Virus record (IMG/VR): IMGVR_UViG_3300044657_000862
Location: 1-32,641 of that record
Origin: a virus
Lineage: Duplodnaviria > Caudoviricetes
Reading direction: 5' to 3' (one strand)
DNA length: 32,641 nucleotides
The translations under genes were made by a program, and so were the position numbers. Numbering within the stretch: position 1 is the stretch's first letter; each line of letters starts with the position of its first letter. This document shows positions 23,632 through 31,504 of the stretch, piece by piece. The notes beneath the pieces are model-generated. The model saw nothing but the letters and a program-made list of their open reading frames with translations. It was not told the origin of the DNA and ran no database searches.

Positions 23632-23661
23632 GATATAAGCATAAGCCATACCGCATGCCAA
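23632..23661 (-). promoter_or_regulatory. Putative leftward promoter
   Basis: On the - strand, TTGGCA, 18 nt, TATATC, in the AT-rich divergent intergenic region. Confidence 0.45.
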
Positions 23662-23694
23662 GATAAAAATTCTTGTTTTATACGATTATTTATA

Positions 23695-23722
23695 TTGCCC
23701 CCATCAATCGCGTCTATATAAT
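23695..23722 (+). promoter_or_regulatory. Putative rightward sigma70 promoter giving a leaderless mRNA
   Basis: TTGCCC (23695-23700), 16 nt, TATAAT (23717-23722). The ATG at 23730 lies 7 nt downstream with no SD. Confidence 0.6.
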
Positions 23723-23729
23723 AGCACGC

Positions 23730-23909
23730 ATGACAGCATCAGAAATCATCACCCGCGCAGGCGGGATTAAAGCGGTAGCGTCCTTCACCGGACTTACCGA
23801 GGATCAAATACGCAAGTGGCGTCAGTGCGGGCATATCCCCGCGAAATGGCACAGCAAGCTGGCGGGAAAAACCCGCATTGCCCGCCGCGTGTTTGATGCA
23901 TTATTATAG
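23730..23909 (+). CDS. Cro/YdaS-like HTH regulator 1
   Basis: MTASEII..AGG..AVA...G.T...I.KW...G.IP..W. The true start is probably ATG 23730. Confidence 0.8.
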   Translation: MTASEIITRAGGIKAVASFTGLTEDQIRKWRQCGHIPAKWHSKLAGKTRIARRVFDALL

Positions 23910-23936
23910 TGTTCGGCGTCTCCCTGCGCCGCACTC

Positions 23937-23982
23937 GCCGGGCTGCTGGCTTGTCCCCCCTCGCCGCGCCCGGCACTTTTTT
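23937..23982 (+). terminator. Putative terminator after cro-like gene 1
   Basis: GCCGGGC...GCCCGGC stem with an irregular upper part, followed by ACTTTTTT. Confidence 0.5.
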
Positions 23983-23999
23983 GAAATTGTTCCTTGGCG

Positions 24000-24028
24000 T
24001 TGACGCTGCGTCACAGTAATAGTAAAAT
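24000..24028 (+). promoter_or_regulatory. Strong sigma70 promoter with a palindromic operator over the -35
   Basis: TTGACG, 17 nt, TAAAAT. Palindrome TGACGC-T-GCGTCA at 24001-24013. Confidence 0.75.
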
Positions 24029-24060
24029 AAGCTAGTCAAAAACCGCACCGGATCGGCACC

Positions 24061-24258
24061 ATGAATATAGACGACGTTGTAAACGCCTTCGGCGGCACGG
24101 CAGAAATGGCAAAGGTGTTTAAAGTTGTGCCGTCCTGCGTGTCGCACTGGCGCCGGCGCGGCATACCTCCTGCCAGGCACTACCAGTTGTACAAGATGAT
24201 GAGCGCACGCGGTGTCGAAATACCGGACACATTTTTTATGCAGCAGAGGGGGAAGTAA
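24061..24258 (+). CDS. Cro/YdaS-like HTH regulator 2
   Basis: DVVNAFGG...MA..F.V....VS.W.RRGIP..R pattern. Confidence 0.8.
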   Translation: MNIDDVVNAFGGTAEMAKVFKVVPSCVSHWRRRGIPPARHYQLYKMMSARGVEIPDTFFMQQRGK

Positions 24259-24581
24259 TGGCGCACCCATCTAAGTCGAAGGGCGACCGGATCGAGCGTC
24301 AGCTTGTCGCGGCGCATAACGACGCCGGGGTATATGCCGAGCGGGTTGACGCCAGAATCGGCCAGTTCTCCGCCAGCAAATCCCACGACATTGATATTTA
24401 CCCGCACGGCAAAGACCAGCCGCCGCTGTGTGGCGAGGTCAAGGCGCGCAAGGACGGGGCAGGGTTTGCCACGCTGGAGCGGTGGCTTGGCGACAATGAC
24501 TTCCTTGTCCTGCGCCGCGACCGCGCCGAGCCGATGGTGGTGGTGCCGTGGGCGGTGTGGATCGGGCTGGTGAAGCGGTGA
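24258..24581 (+). CDS. Holliday-junction-resolvase-like PD-(D/E)XK endonuclease
   Basis: SK.KG...ER, DI and EVKARK motifs of Hjc-type phage resolvases. Confidence 0.8.
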   Translation: MAHPSKSKGDRIERQLVAAHNDAGVYAERVDARIGQFSASKSHDIDIYPHGKDQPPLCGEVKARKDGAGFATLERWLGDNDFLVLRRDRAEPMVVVPWAVWIGLVKR

Positions 24582-24724
24582 AAAAAGACCAGTACGACGC
24601 CGGCAAACCCGCGCAAGATTCATATGATTTAGCAATTGCCACGCTGCGCCAGTTGAAGGCTGCGGCGGAGCGGGAGTTGCGCGAGGAAGCGGCAGAACGA
24701 GAAAAGCAAAGGGACACAGAATGA
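24578..24724 (+). CDS. Small charged helical protein (48 aa), not in the ORF track
   Basis: GTGA and ATGA overlaps with both neighbours. Sequence MKKDQYDAGKPAQDSYDLAIATLRQLKAAAERELREEAAEREKQRDTE. Confidence 0.6.
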   Translation: MKKDQYDAGKPAQDSYDLAIATLRQLKAAAERELREEAAEREKQRDTE

Positions 24725-25485
24725 ACGGCTTTGAAAAACACAGCATCAATCATTCGTCGGTATCCGCCATAAACGCCTGGGAAGAAACTCCAGACCAGTG
24801 GGTGGCGCGCTACGTCCTGAAGATGAAGACGGCGGGCAGTGCCGCGATGTGGCGCGGTATCTGCTCTGAGGATATCGTGGTCGATGTGCTGGCAAAGGAC
24901 ATCAAGTTCGACGTTGCGTTGGCGTCCGCGCTGGCGAAGTTTGACAAGATGAACGGCGGCATCGGGCTGGGCCTGGATGAAAAGATAACGAAAGAGCGGT
25001 CTATCATTGAGCCAATCGCCACGCTTGCAATTGAAGAATTGCAGCAGTACGGCAAGCCGGAATTTCCGGACGCCGGCGGGCAGCACAAGGTCAGTCTGAC
25101 AGCCAAGGGCGAAGGTTGGGAGATACCCGTCATTGGATTCCTGGACCTCGTATATCCGCAACATGGTCTTGTCGTAGACCTCAAGACGACTACCAAGATG
25201 CCGAGCAGCCTGTCCGCGTCGCATCGCCGCCAGCGGTGTTTTTACGAGCGGTGCTCCGGTAATTCAAAGGTGCAATTTTTGTACGTCACGCCGAAGAAGA
25301 TCGGCTGGCTTGATGACGGCGACGTCGATGCGGAGCTGGCGTCGATGAAGCAGCAGTTGGCACGGCAGGAAGCCTTTTTGTCCCTGGGCGACGCGGATAC
25401 GCTGCGGCGGGCGGTGCCGGTCAACCCCAATCATTATTTCTGGCGCGGGTCGGAAGGCGTATTGCAAAATGCATACGGGTTCTAA
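24721..25485 (+). CDS. PD-(D/E)XK (RecB/Cas4-like) exonuclease
   Basis: H.S.S.IN, A..RG, GFLDL, VVDLKTT and Q...Y motifs. It lies next to the putative SSB. Confidence 0.82.
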   Translation: MNGFEKHSINHSSVSAINAWEETPDQWVARYVLKMKTAGSAAMWRGICSEDIVVDVLAKDIKFDVALASALAKFDKMNGGIGLGLDEKITKERSIIEPIATLAIEELQQYGKPEFPDAGGQHKVSLTAKGEGWEIPVIGFLDLVYPQHGLVVDLKTTTKMPSSLSASHRRQRCFYERCSGNSKVQFLYVTPKKIGWLDDGDVDAELASMKQQLARQEAFLSLGDADTLRRAVPVNPNHYFWRGSEGVLQNAYGF

Positions 25486-25547
25486 TTGCGTAAAGTTCCA
25501 ACGCCGCACGGATTGCAGTCCGGTGGAGGTTTTCTTACGGTTTAATG

Positions 25548-25576
25548 TTGACAGCGTGTCAGCCATACCATACTAA
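25548..25576 (+). promoter_or_regulatory. Putative sigma70 promoter with a palindromic operator over the -35
   Basis: TTGACA, 17 nt, TACTAA. Palindrome TGACA-GCG-TGTCA at 25549-25561. Confidence 0.6.
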
Positions 25577-25630
25577 TCGACTGACCGGCGAACAGCGGCA
25601 CTGTTCGATGCAATAAAAGGGAATAGTAAA

Positions 25631-26239
25631 ATGGGATTAGGTTTACCATCAGGCGGCGGCGGTGATTTTATCACGTATCTCAAATTTAACGCCAAGGCCG
25701 GGCGTTGGTACACAAAGAATGACGACGGCGACGAATACGAAGTGAAGCCCGGTTTTTCTGCCATCTTCGACCTCGAAAATATTCGCACTGGCTATATGAA
25801 GTTTGCTGCCGGGATGGCACCGGATTTTGTTTACGACAGCACAGCCGGGGCGATGGACGCCGACCAGCCCGACGACGGGTACAAGCGCGGCTTTACCGTG
25901 CATGTGTTCAGCCCGAAAGCCCTTGGCGGCGTGCGGGAAATCAGCAGCACGGCAGGCGTATTCAACAACGCAATGAACGCGCTGTATTCCGAGTATGAAG
26001 CCGGTCTGGCTGACAACGCAGGCAACTTGCCGGTCGTCCAGGTGCAGGACGCGACAGCCGTTGAGTCGAAGCACGGCACCAACTACGCGCCGGTCCTCAA
26101 GTTGATCAAGTGGGCGGCGCGGCCCGACGATCTGCCGAATGATACGCCAAAACAGGCACCAAAGGCGGCACCGAAAGCCGCAGCGGCACCCGCAAAGGAA
26201 GCGGAACCCGAAATGGCCGACGAAGACGAGTTTTTCTAA
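25631..26239 (+). CDS. Putative single-stranded DNA-binding protein
   Basis: Aromatic-rich beta core, a Pro/Ala/Lys linker and an acidic tail ending DEDEFF. It lies between the exonuclease and the primase. Confidence 0.7.
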   Translation: MGLGLPSGGGGDFITYLKFNAKAGRWYTKNDDGDEYEVKPGFSAIFDLENIRTGYMKFAAGMAPDFVYDSTAGAMDADQPDDGYKRGFTVHVFSPKALGGVREISSTAGVFNNAMNALYSEYEAGLADNAGNLPVVQVQDATAVESKHGTNYAPVLKLIKWAARPDDLPNDTPKQAPKAAPKAAAAPAKEAEPEMADEDEFF

Positions 26240-26251
26240 ACGCCTTTACGC

Positions 26252-26284
26252 TGCCCCCGGTTAATAATAGCCGGGGGCATTTTA
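26252..26284 (+). terminator. Terminator-like hairpin after the SSB gene
   Basis: TGCCCCCGGTTA-ATAA-TAGCCGGGGGCA 12-bp stem followed by TTTT. Confidence 0.7.
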
Positions 26285-26312
26285 AAGTCGTTTAACGGAG
26301 ACGGGGGTAGGC

Positions 26313-28463
26313 ATGGCTGCCACATTGTATAAATCGTTCGGGCCGAAGCTGGTCGGTCAGGGCTACGATATAACCCCGGTCGTCGGTAAAAAGCCGATAC
26401 TGGAAGCGTGGACAACCAGACCAGGCGCGGCGCTCGATTACACTTTGCACAGCGACAAGAACATCGGCGTCCTGCTGGGCGGCAAGCATAATCTGATTGC
26501 GGTCGATGTCGATGTCCTGAACCCGTTCTGCTCCAACGACCTGGAAAAGCTGGTCGAGGAAGAACTGGGCAGCGCACCGAAGCGGATCGGCAAGGCACCG
26601 AAGTTCCTGATGCTGTTTCGCTGTACGGAACTCCAGAAGAAAATCAGAACCGGTGTTTATGAGATCGACGGCGTGGACGCCGGCGTGGAAGCACTCGGCG
26701 AGGGGCAGCAGTTTGTCGCCGCTGGCGTCCATCCGGATATTAACACTCGGTACGTCTGGCCAGGCGACAAGCTGATCGACATCGCGCCGGAAGAACTGAC
26801 CGAGGTCACGCCCGACGCCCTGCGCCGCTTCCTGGCGATGGCGTCCAGCGTCATGGCAACTTATGGCGAACTCAAGGGCCGCGTCAGCGACCGAGGGCTG
26901 ACGGCAGCGCCGCAATCGGGTTTGAATTTGAAGGAACTGCGCGGCAAGGCCGCTGAAGTCGAAGCCGCCGTGATGCACATACCAAACCACGACGAACACT
27001 ATGACGACTGGGTGCAGACGGCGCACGCCATAAAGGGTGCGATAGGTGACAGCGGGTTCGACCTGTTCTGCCGCTGGTCCGCCAGGTCGGCCAAGGATGA
27101 CCCGGCGCAGAATGAACGGCTATGGCAGTCGATAGGCGACGTAAAACACATCGGGGCAGGATCGCTGTATCACTGGGCGGGGCAGTATGGCTTTGATCTG
27201 GCGACGTATAGGGAACCGGAAACGCAGCCGGTGGCGGCACCGGCCAACGACGACATAGAAGAATGGGAATCAGTCGATGAGGACGGGGTTATAACAACAG
27301 TCAAATCCGACACCGTAAAGGCAACGCCACTCGGCATCGTTGACCCCAAAAAGATACCGCCGCGCCCCTGGCTGTTTGGCGACCAACTGCTGACCGGCTA
27401 CGTCACCGCGTTCGTTGCACCGCCAGGCGTCGGCAAGTCAACCCTGACCATCCAGATCGCCGCAGCAATTGCGACAGGAAAAAACTTCGCGGAGTTAAAG
27501 TGCCACCAGCAGGGCAACACCTGGATATACAATAACGAGGACGACCGGGACGAACTGCACCGCCGCGTGGCCGCAGCAACACGCCATATGGGGATCAAGC
27601 CGGACGACATCGCAGACAAAATGTTTATGGATACCGGCGACGAACGGTCATTGATGGTGGCGCGGCTGGTCCGCAATGATGCCGTCGTCCAGACGCCCGA
27701 CGTGGAAGCATGCATTGCCGAAATCAAGCGCAACGACATCAAGCTGTTTGTTGTTGATCCGTTCGCGGAAACGCACACCGTCAACGAAAACAGCAACGAC
27801 CACATAAAACAGGTTGCGGGCATGTTTCGATACATTGCCAAGCGGGCGGGCTGTGCGGTGCTGCTGGTGCATCACACCAGAAAGGGCAACGGTGACGGCG
27901 CAGCCGGTGACATGGACGCAGCACGCGGCGCAGGCGCGCTGTTGGGGGTCTGCCGGGTGGTCAGCACGATGTTCGCCATGAGCAAGGCCGACGCGGAGTC
28001 GCTGGGAGTACAGGAAGACACGCGGCACGTGTATGTCAGGTTTGACGGTGCAAAAGCCAACTTGTCACTCGTAACGAGCAAGGCGCGATGGTTCAAACGC
28101 GAATCCGTTGACCTCGCAAATTCCATGTTTGGCGAAGGCGATAAGGTAGGCGTCTTGACGCCGTGGTCGCCACCGGGGCCGCTCGACGGCGTGTCGCCGG
28201 CAGATATAAGGGCCATCCAGATTGCCGTTGCAAAGAGGGATTCCGATGGCGACCCATACCGCGAAAACGTCCGGTCAGGCGACGCATGGATCGGCGTGGC
28301 CATAGCCGAACAGTGCGGTCTGGACCCGACAGCAGACAGAAAACGGCTGACGACCATGTTCAAAATATGGGTCGATAGTGGATGCTTTGAGATATCTGAA
28401 GCCTTAGTGAATAGGAATAAACGCACATGCGTTTTCGTCAAGGACTGGGTGGAATTGGGATGA
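26313..28463 (+). CDS. Primase-polymerase / PriCT-2 / AAA_25 (RepA-like) helicase fusion
   Basis: N-terminal K.P, NIG..LG, AVDVD and QFVA.G.HP (Prim-Pol). YDDW.....AIK, F..WS..S.K and GSLYHWA (PriCT-2). Walker A APPGVGKS, NNED, Walker B LFVVDP, LVHHTRK and ARGA. Confidence 0.9.
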   Translation: MAATLYKSFGPKLVGQGYDITPVVGKKPILEAWTTRPGAALDYTLHSDKNIGVLLGGKHNLIAVDVDVLNPFCSNDLEKLVEEELGSAPKRIGKAPKFLMLFRCTELQKKIRTGVYEIDGVDAGVEALGEGQQFVAAGVHPDINTRYVWPGDKLIDIAPEELTEVTPDALRRFLAMASSVMATYGELKGRVSDRGLTAAPQSGLNLKELRGKAAEVEAAVMHIPNHDEHYDDWVQTAHAIKGAIGDSGFDLFCRWSARSAKDDPAQNERLWQSIGDVKHIGAGSLYHWAGQYGFDLATYREPETQPVAAPANDDIEEWESVDEDGVITTVKSDTVKATPLGIVDPKKIPPRPWLFGDQLLTGYVTAFVAPPGVGKSTLTIQIAAAIATGKNFAELKCHQQGNTWIYNNEDDRDELHRRVAAATRHMGIKPDDIADKMFMDTGDERSLMVARLVRNDAVVQTPDVEACIAEIKRNDIKLFVVDPFAETHTVNENSNDHIKQVAGMFRYIAKRAGCAVLLVHHTRKGNGDGAAGDMDAARGAGALLGVCRVVSTMFAMSKADAESLGVQEDTRHVYVRFDGAKANLSLVTSKARWFKRESVDLANSMFGEGDKVGVLTPWSPPGPLDGVSPADIRAIQIAVAKRDSDGDPYRENVRSGDAWIGVAIAEQCGLDPTADRKRLTTMFKIWVDSGCFEISEALVNRNKRTCVFVKDWVELG

Positions 28464-28480
28464 TGCCGTTGGAAATGAAA

Positions 28481-28672
28481 GTGCACGGTGGATTCTCTGA
28501 CCAACGATACGACCAACGACGACCAACGACAAAATGGGTGCACGGTGGTCAAATGGCCTATAGTACACTAACGACCGTGCACGCTAACGCTTTGCACGGT
28601 GCGCCCTCCCTGGAGGGTCGGTCACACTACGCCGTTAGTCGTACGCAGAATAGGCCATTACGGCGACCAACT
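28481..28672. repeat. Iteron-like direct and inverted repeats, putative replication origin
   Basis: TGCACGGT four times (28482, 28539, inverted at 28574-28581, 28593) and GACCAACGA three times (28499, 28511, 28521), right after the primase-helicase stop. Confidence 0.65.
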
Positions 28673-28692
28673 ATAAGGAGGGATAATTACCT

Positions 28693-29262
28693 ATGAATAA
28701 GCGTCGATATAAAACAGGGCGACCCGACCGAATCACACACCCGCAGAGCATCGGCAAGGCAACGGATGAAGCAGTCTATCATGCACTGCGTCCGCTCGAC
28801 GCCGTGGCGGTCGAGATGGAACGACGGTGGGGCGTTGATAGGTTGGTCGAACTGGTGGCACCCGAGACAGCGGCCAGGTTCGGCAAGGTCAAGGCAAAGC
28901 TCGACAGCGCCATCGATGAGAATGACCCGGAACAGGTCGCCAAGTGGGCGGCGACCATGATGCGCGGGTGGCAGGCACTCAGCGACGAGGCAGAGGCCGC
29001 CGGCGCGTCGGAGGTGGGCAAGGGGCTGCGGATCATCCGCCACGACGACGGTAGAGCTTTCGGCATCGCTGTGGATCAAGCGACCGCAACGGCTGCGGTC
29101 AGGTCAGGTGACTACCCAAACGTGTCGATCTGGTCACTGGACGAGGTTGTCCGGCTGCTCGCCAGTGAAGAAATGCGATTGGCCAATTCGGCCAAAGACA
29201 CGTTTCCCGGCGCAGTGGTCGCCAGGGTTGGCAAGGTGCCGAGCGATGATCTGCCGTTTTAA
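28693..29262 (+). CDS. Conserved hypothetical phage protein
   Basis: AAGGAGG SD, PLD..A..ME..WG.DRL..LV, and a C-terminal FPGA.V....DDLPF. Confidence 0.75.
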   Translation: MNKRRYKTGRPDRITHPQSIGKATDEAVYHALRPLDAVAVEMERRWGVDRLVELVAPETAARFGKVKAKLDSAIDENDPEQVAKWAATMMRGWQALSDEAEAAGASEVGKGLRIIRHDDGRAFGIAVDQATATAAVRSGDYPNVSIWSLDEVVRLLASEEMRLANSAKDTFPGAVVARVGKVPSDDLPF

Positions 29263-29277
29263 CTTAAGGGAGGAGGC

Positions 29278-29496
29278 ATGATGGACATGATCGAAAGGGT
29301 GGCGCGGGCGATTGCCGCGAATTTTGGCGTTGACCCTGATGTCCCGCATTTCACGCTTTCAGAATCTACGCTGCTCGCTTGGCAGCAATTTGAGGGCGCA
29401 GCAAAAGATGTTCTGGAGGCCATGCGTGATCCGAGTAAGGCGATGAAAGATGCCGGTGGGTCGATCATCGAAAAGGCGCTGGAGGACGGCAAATGA
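29278..29496 (+). CDS. Hypothetical protein (72 aa)
   Basis: GGAGGAGG SD and M.ERVARAI ... A...LEAMR.P...M..AG pattern. ATGA overlap with the next gene. Confidence 0.75.
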   Translation: MMDMIERVARAIAANFGVDPDVPHFTLSESTLLAWQQFEGAAKDVLEAMRDPSKAMKDAGGSIIEKALEDGK

Positions 29497-30248
29497 CCAT
29501 CACAGAGGCGAAGCGGGTGGTTTGTTGGTTTTCGGCGGGTGCTGCCAGCGCGGTTGCCACCAAGCTAACCTTGGCAAGCGGGCGAAACGAGGAAATTGTT
29601 GTCGCGCGATGTGCAACCGGGGCGGAACACGAAGACAACGACCGTTTCGAGAAAGATTGCGCAAAATGGTTTGGCGTTCCAGTCGTCACCATCAAATCGG
29701 ATAAATATGCCGATGTCTGGGACGTATGGGAAAAGCGCAAATACATTGCTGGAATAGCAGGCGCACCATGCACAATGGAAATGAAGGTAGGGCCAAGGCT
29801 GGATTTTCAGCGGGTCGATGATGTCCATGTTTTCGGGTACACAGCAGATGCAGAAGACGTGCGGCGTGCGGAACGGTTGCGGGAAACATTTTTCGAACTG
29901 ACCATAGAAACGCCGCTCATCGACCGAGGCATAACGAAGGCGGGTTGCCTTGATATGATCGGCAGGGCAGGAATAGCGCCCCCGCTGACCTACGCTCTGG
30001 GCTTCCCAAATGCAAACTGCATACCGTGCGGCAAGTCAACGTCGCCAAATTACCTTGCGCTGGTGAGGCTGCATTTTCCGGATAAATTCGAACGGTATGC
30101 TGCGCTATGCCGGGAACTGGGGACCCGGCCCATCAGGCTGAACGGTGTGCGGATATTTCCTGACGAAATACCGCATGACCAGCCCACGACCGAGGCCATA
30201 GTGCCGTCGTGCGATTTTTTGTGTGCCATTGCGGAGCAGGATCTATGA
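29493..30248 (+). CDS. PAPS-reductase-like PP-loop protein with Cys motifs
   Basis: WFSAGAASAVA (PP-loop-like), EHEDN.RF, GAPCT..MK, FGYT..E..RA, Y.LGF.NANCI.C.K and SCDFLC. Confidence 0.8.
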   Translation: MTITEAKRVVCWFSAGAASAVATKLTLASGRNEEIVVARCATGAEHEDNDRFEKDCAKWFGVPVVTIKSDKYADVWDVWEKRKYIAGIAGAPCTMEMKVGPRLDFQRVDDVHVFGYTADAEDVRRAERLRETFFELTIETPLIDRGITKAGCLDMIGRAGIAPPLTYALGFPNANCIPCGKSTSPNYLALVRLHFPDKFERYAALCRELGTRPIRLNGVRIFPDEIPHDQPTTEAIVPSCDFLCAIAEQDL

Positions 30249-30472
30249 CCATTACAGATGCGAAGCGAATCGTCGGCCAGATGTTCGTGTACATGACAAC
30301 CAAGTCAGACGGCGTGTCTAAATGGTATATGTACGGCAAGTTCAGCAGCAAAGAGGCGATCATCGCGGAGGCGGAGCGGTTGGTGGCGGAAAAAAGAAAA
30401 AAAGATGCATTAGGGGCTTGCGTGCGGTCAGATACCCGGCATGGCCGTGCTGGCGTTGCGGTGGATGGATAG
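30245..30472 (+). CDS. Hypothetical protein (75 aa)
   Basis: ATGA overlap with the previous stop and its own stop abuts the MTase ATG. It starts MTITDAKRIV. Confidence 0.6.
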   Translation: MTITDAKRIVGQMFVYMTTKSDGVSKWYMYGKFSSKEAIIAEAERLVAEKRKKDALGACVRSDTRHGRAGVAVDG

Positions 30473-31504
30473 ATGACAGCCTATTACAATGAAATTGACC
30501 CCTTCGCGGCGCAATGGCTGCGGGAACTGATCAAGGCGGGGCGTATCGCCCACGGTGACGTGGACGAAAGAAGCATAGAGGACGTGCAGGCCGATGACCT
30601 TAAAGAATACACCCAGTGCCATTTCTTCGCCGGAATCGGCGGATGGTCCCTCGCACTCAGGTTTGCCGGATGGCCAGACAATAGACCTGTTTGGACAGGA
30701 AGTTGTCCATGCCAGCCCTTTAGCAGCGCCGGAAAACAAGGCGGAAGCGATGACGAGCGGCATCTCTGGCCTGTCTGGTTTCGGCTCATCCGCGAGTGTG
30801 GTGTTAACACAGTCCTTGGCGAACAGGTTGAAGGTGCGGTTGGGTTCGGATGGCTCGACAGAGTATTCGCAGACCTGGAAGATGAAAATTACGCCTGCGG
30901 GGCGGCGGTACTGGGCGCACATAGCGTCGGCGCGCCGCACATCCGACAGCGACTATGGTGGGTGGCCGACTCCAGCGGCGAGCGACGAGCGGCATGGGGT
31001 GAAACAGAAAACAGCCGAGATGAAATTACAGACAGGCCGCAGAAAGTCGGGGGCGAAAATAGGCAGAAGTTTGGATGTCACGGCACTGATGGCAGGCTGG
31101 CCGACTTCAATGGCGGAATCCAAAGGGGAGAGAAACCGCATGACGGGGTATCTGGTAGGCAAGTCTGTCCCGCCGTCGGAAGTACACAAAACAGCGGGCT
31201 GGGCAACGCCAACAACTCGGGACTGGAAGGACACGGGGGACATGAGCGGCAGCATGACACGGAAGGACGGCAAGTTGCGGAACGACATCCTTGGGCGACA
31301 GGCGTGGCTATCGGGTGCGCAGACGGAAAGGCGAGGCTCATTGAACCCGGCATTGAGCCGCTGGCTCATGGGATACCCGCCAGAGTGGGACGATTGCGCG
31401 GTTATGGTAACGCCATCGTCCCGCAAGTAGCGGCGGCGTTCATAAACGCATACATGGACACGGCCCCAACAGATACCCCCAGCCCCTCAAGGTTTGCGCT
31501 TTGA
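30473..31504 (+). CDS. C5-cytosine DNA methyltransferase, alpha-chain-like
   Basis: Motif I HFFAGIGG, catalytic motif IV GSCPCQPFS, motif VI EQV, motif VIII HIRQRLW and motif X YGNAIVPQVA. No clear motif IX in this frame. Confidence 0.9.
   Translation: MTAYYNEIDPFAAQWLRELIKAGRIAHGDVDERSIEDVQADDLKEYTQCHFFAGIGGWSLALRFAGWPDNRPVWTGSCPCQPFSSAGKQGGSDDERHLWPVWFRLIRECGVNTVLGEQVEGAVGFGWLDRVFADLEDENYACGAAVLGAHSVGAPHIRQRLWWVADSSGERRAAWGETENSRDEITDRPQKVGGENRQKFGCHGTDGRLADFNGGIQRGEKPHDGVSGRQVCPAVGSTQNSGLGNANNSGLEGHGGHERQHDTEGRQVAERHPWATGVAIGCADGKARLIEPGIEPLAHGIPARVGRLRGYGNAIVPQVAAAFINAYMDTAPTDTPSPSRFAL
30594..31430 (+). CDS. Nested +1-frame ORF, methyltransferase beta-chain-like (TRD and motif IX)
   Basis: 278 open codons wholly inside the MTase gene, with WPTP-type repeats, TPTTRDWKD and a motif-IX-like GSLNPALSRWLMGYPPEW. 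The exact start is uncertain. Confidence 0.7.
   Translation: MTLKNTPSAISSPESADGPSHSGLPDGQTIDLFGQEVVHASPLAAPENKAEAMTSGISGLSGFGSSASVVLTQSLANRLKVRLGSDGSTEYSQTWKMKITPAGRRYWAHIASARRTSDSDYGGWPTPAASDERHGVKQKTAEMKLQTGRRKSGAKIGRSLDVTALMAGWPTSMAESKGERNRMTGYLVGKSVPPSEVHKTAGWATPTTRDWKDTGDMSGSMTRKDGKLRNDILGRQAWLSGAQTERRGSLNPALSRWLMGYPPEWDDCAVMVTPSSRK

Noticed and set aside
28481-28610. CRISPR-like mini-array
   Set aside because: The repeats are only 8-11 nt, irregularly spaced and partly inverted. There are no 23-47 nt repeats with unique spacers and no cas operon. The Cas4-like nuclease fits phage recombination.
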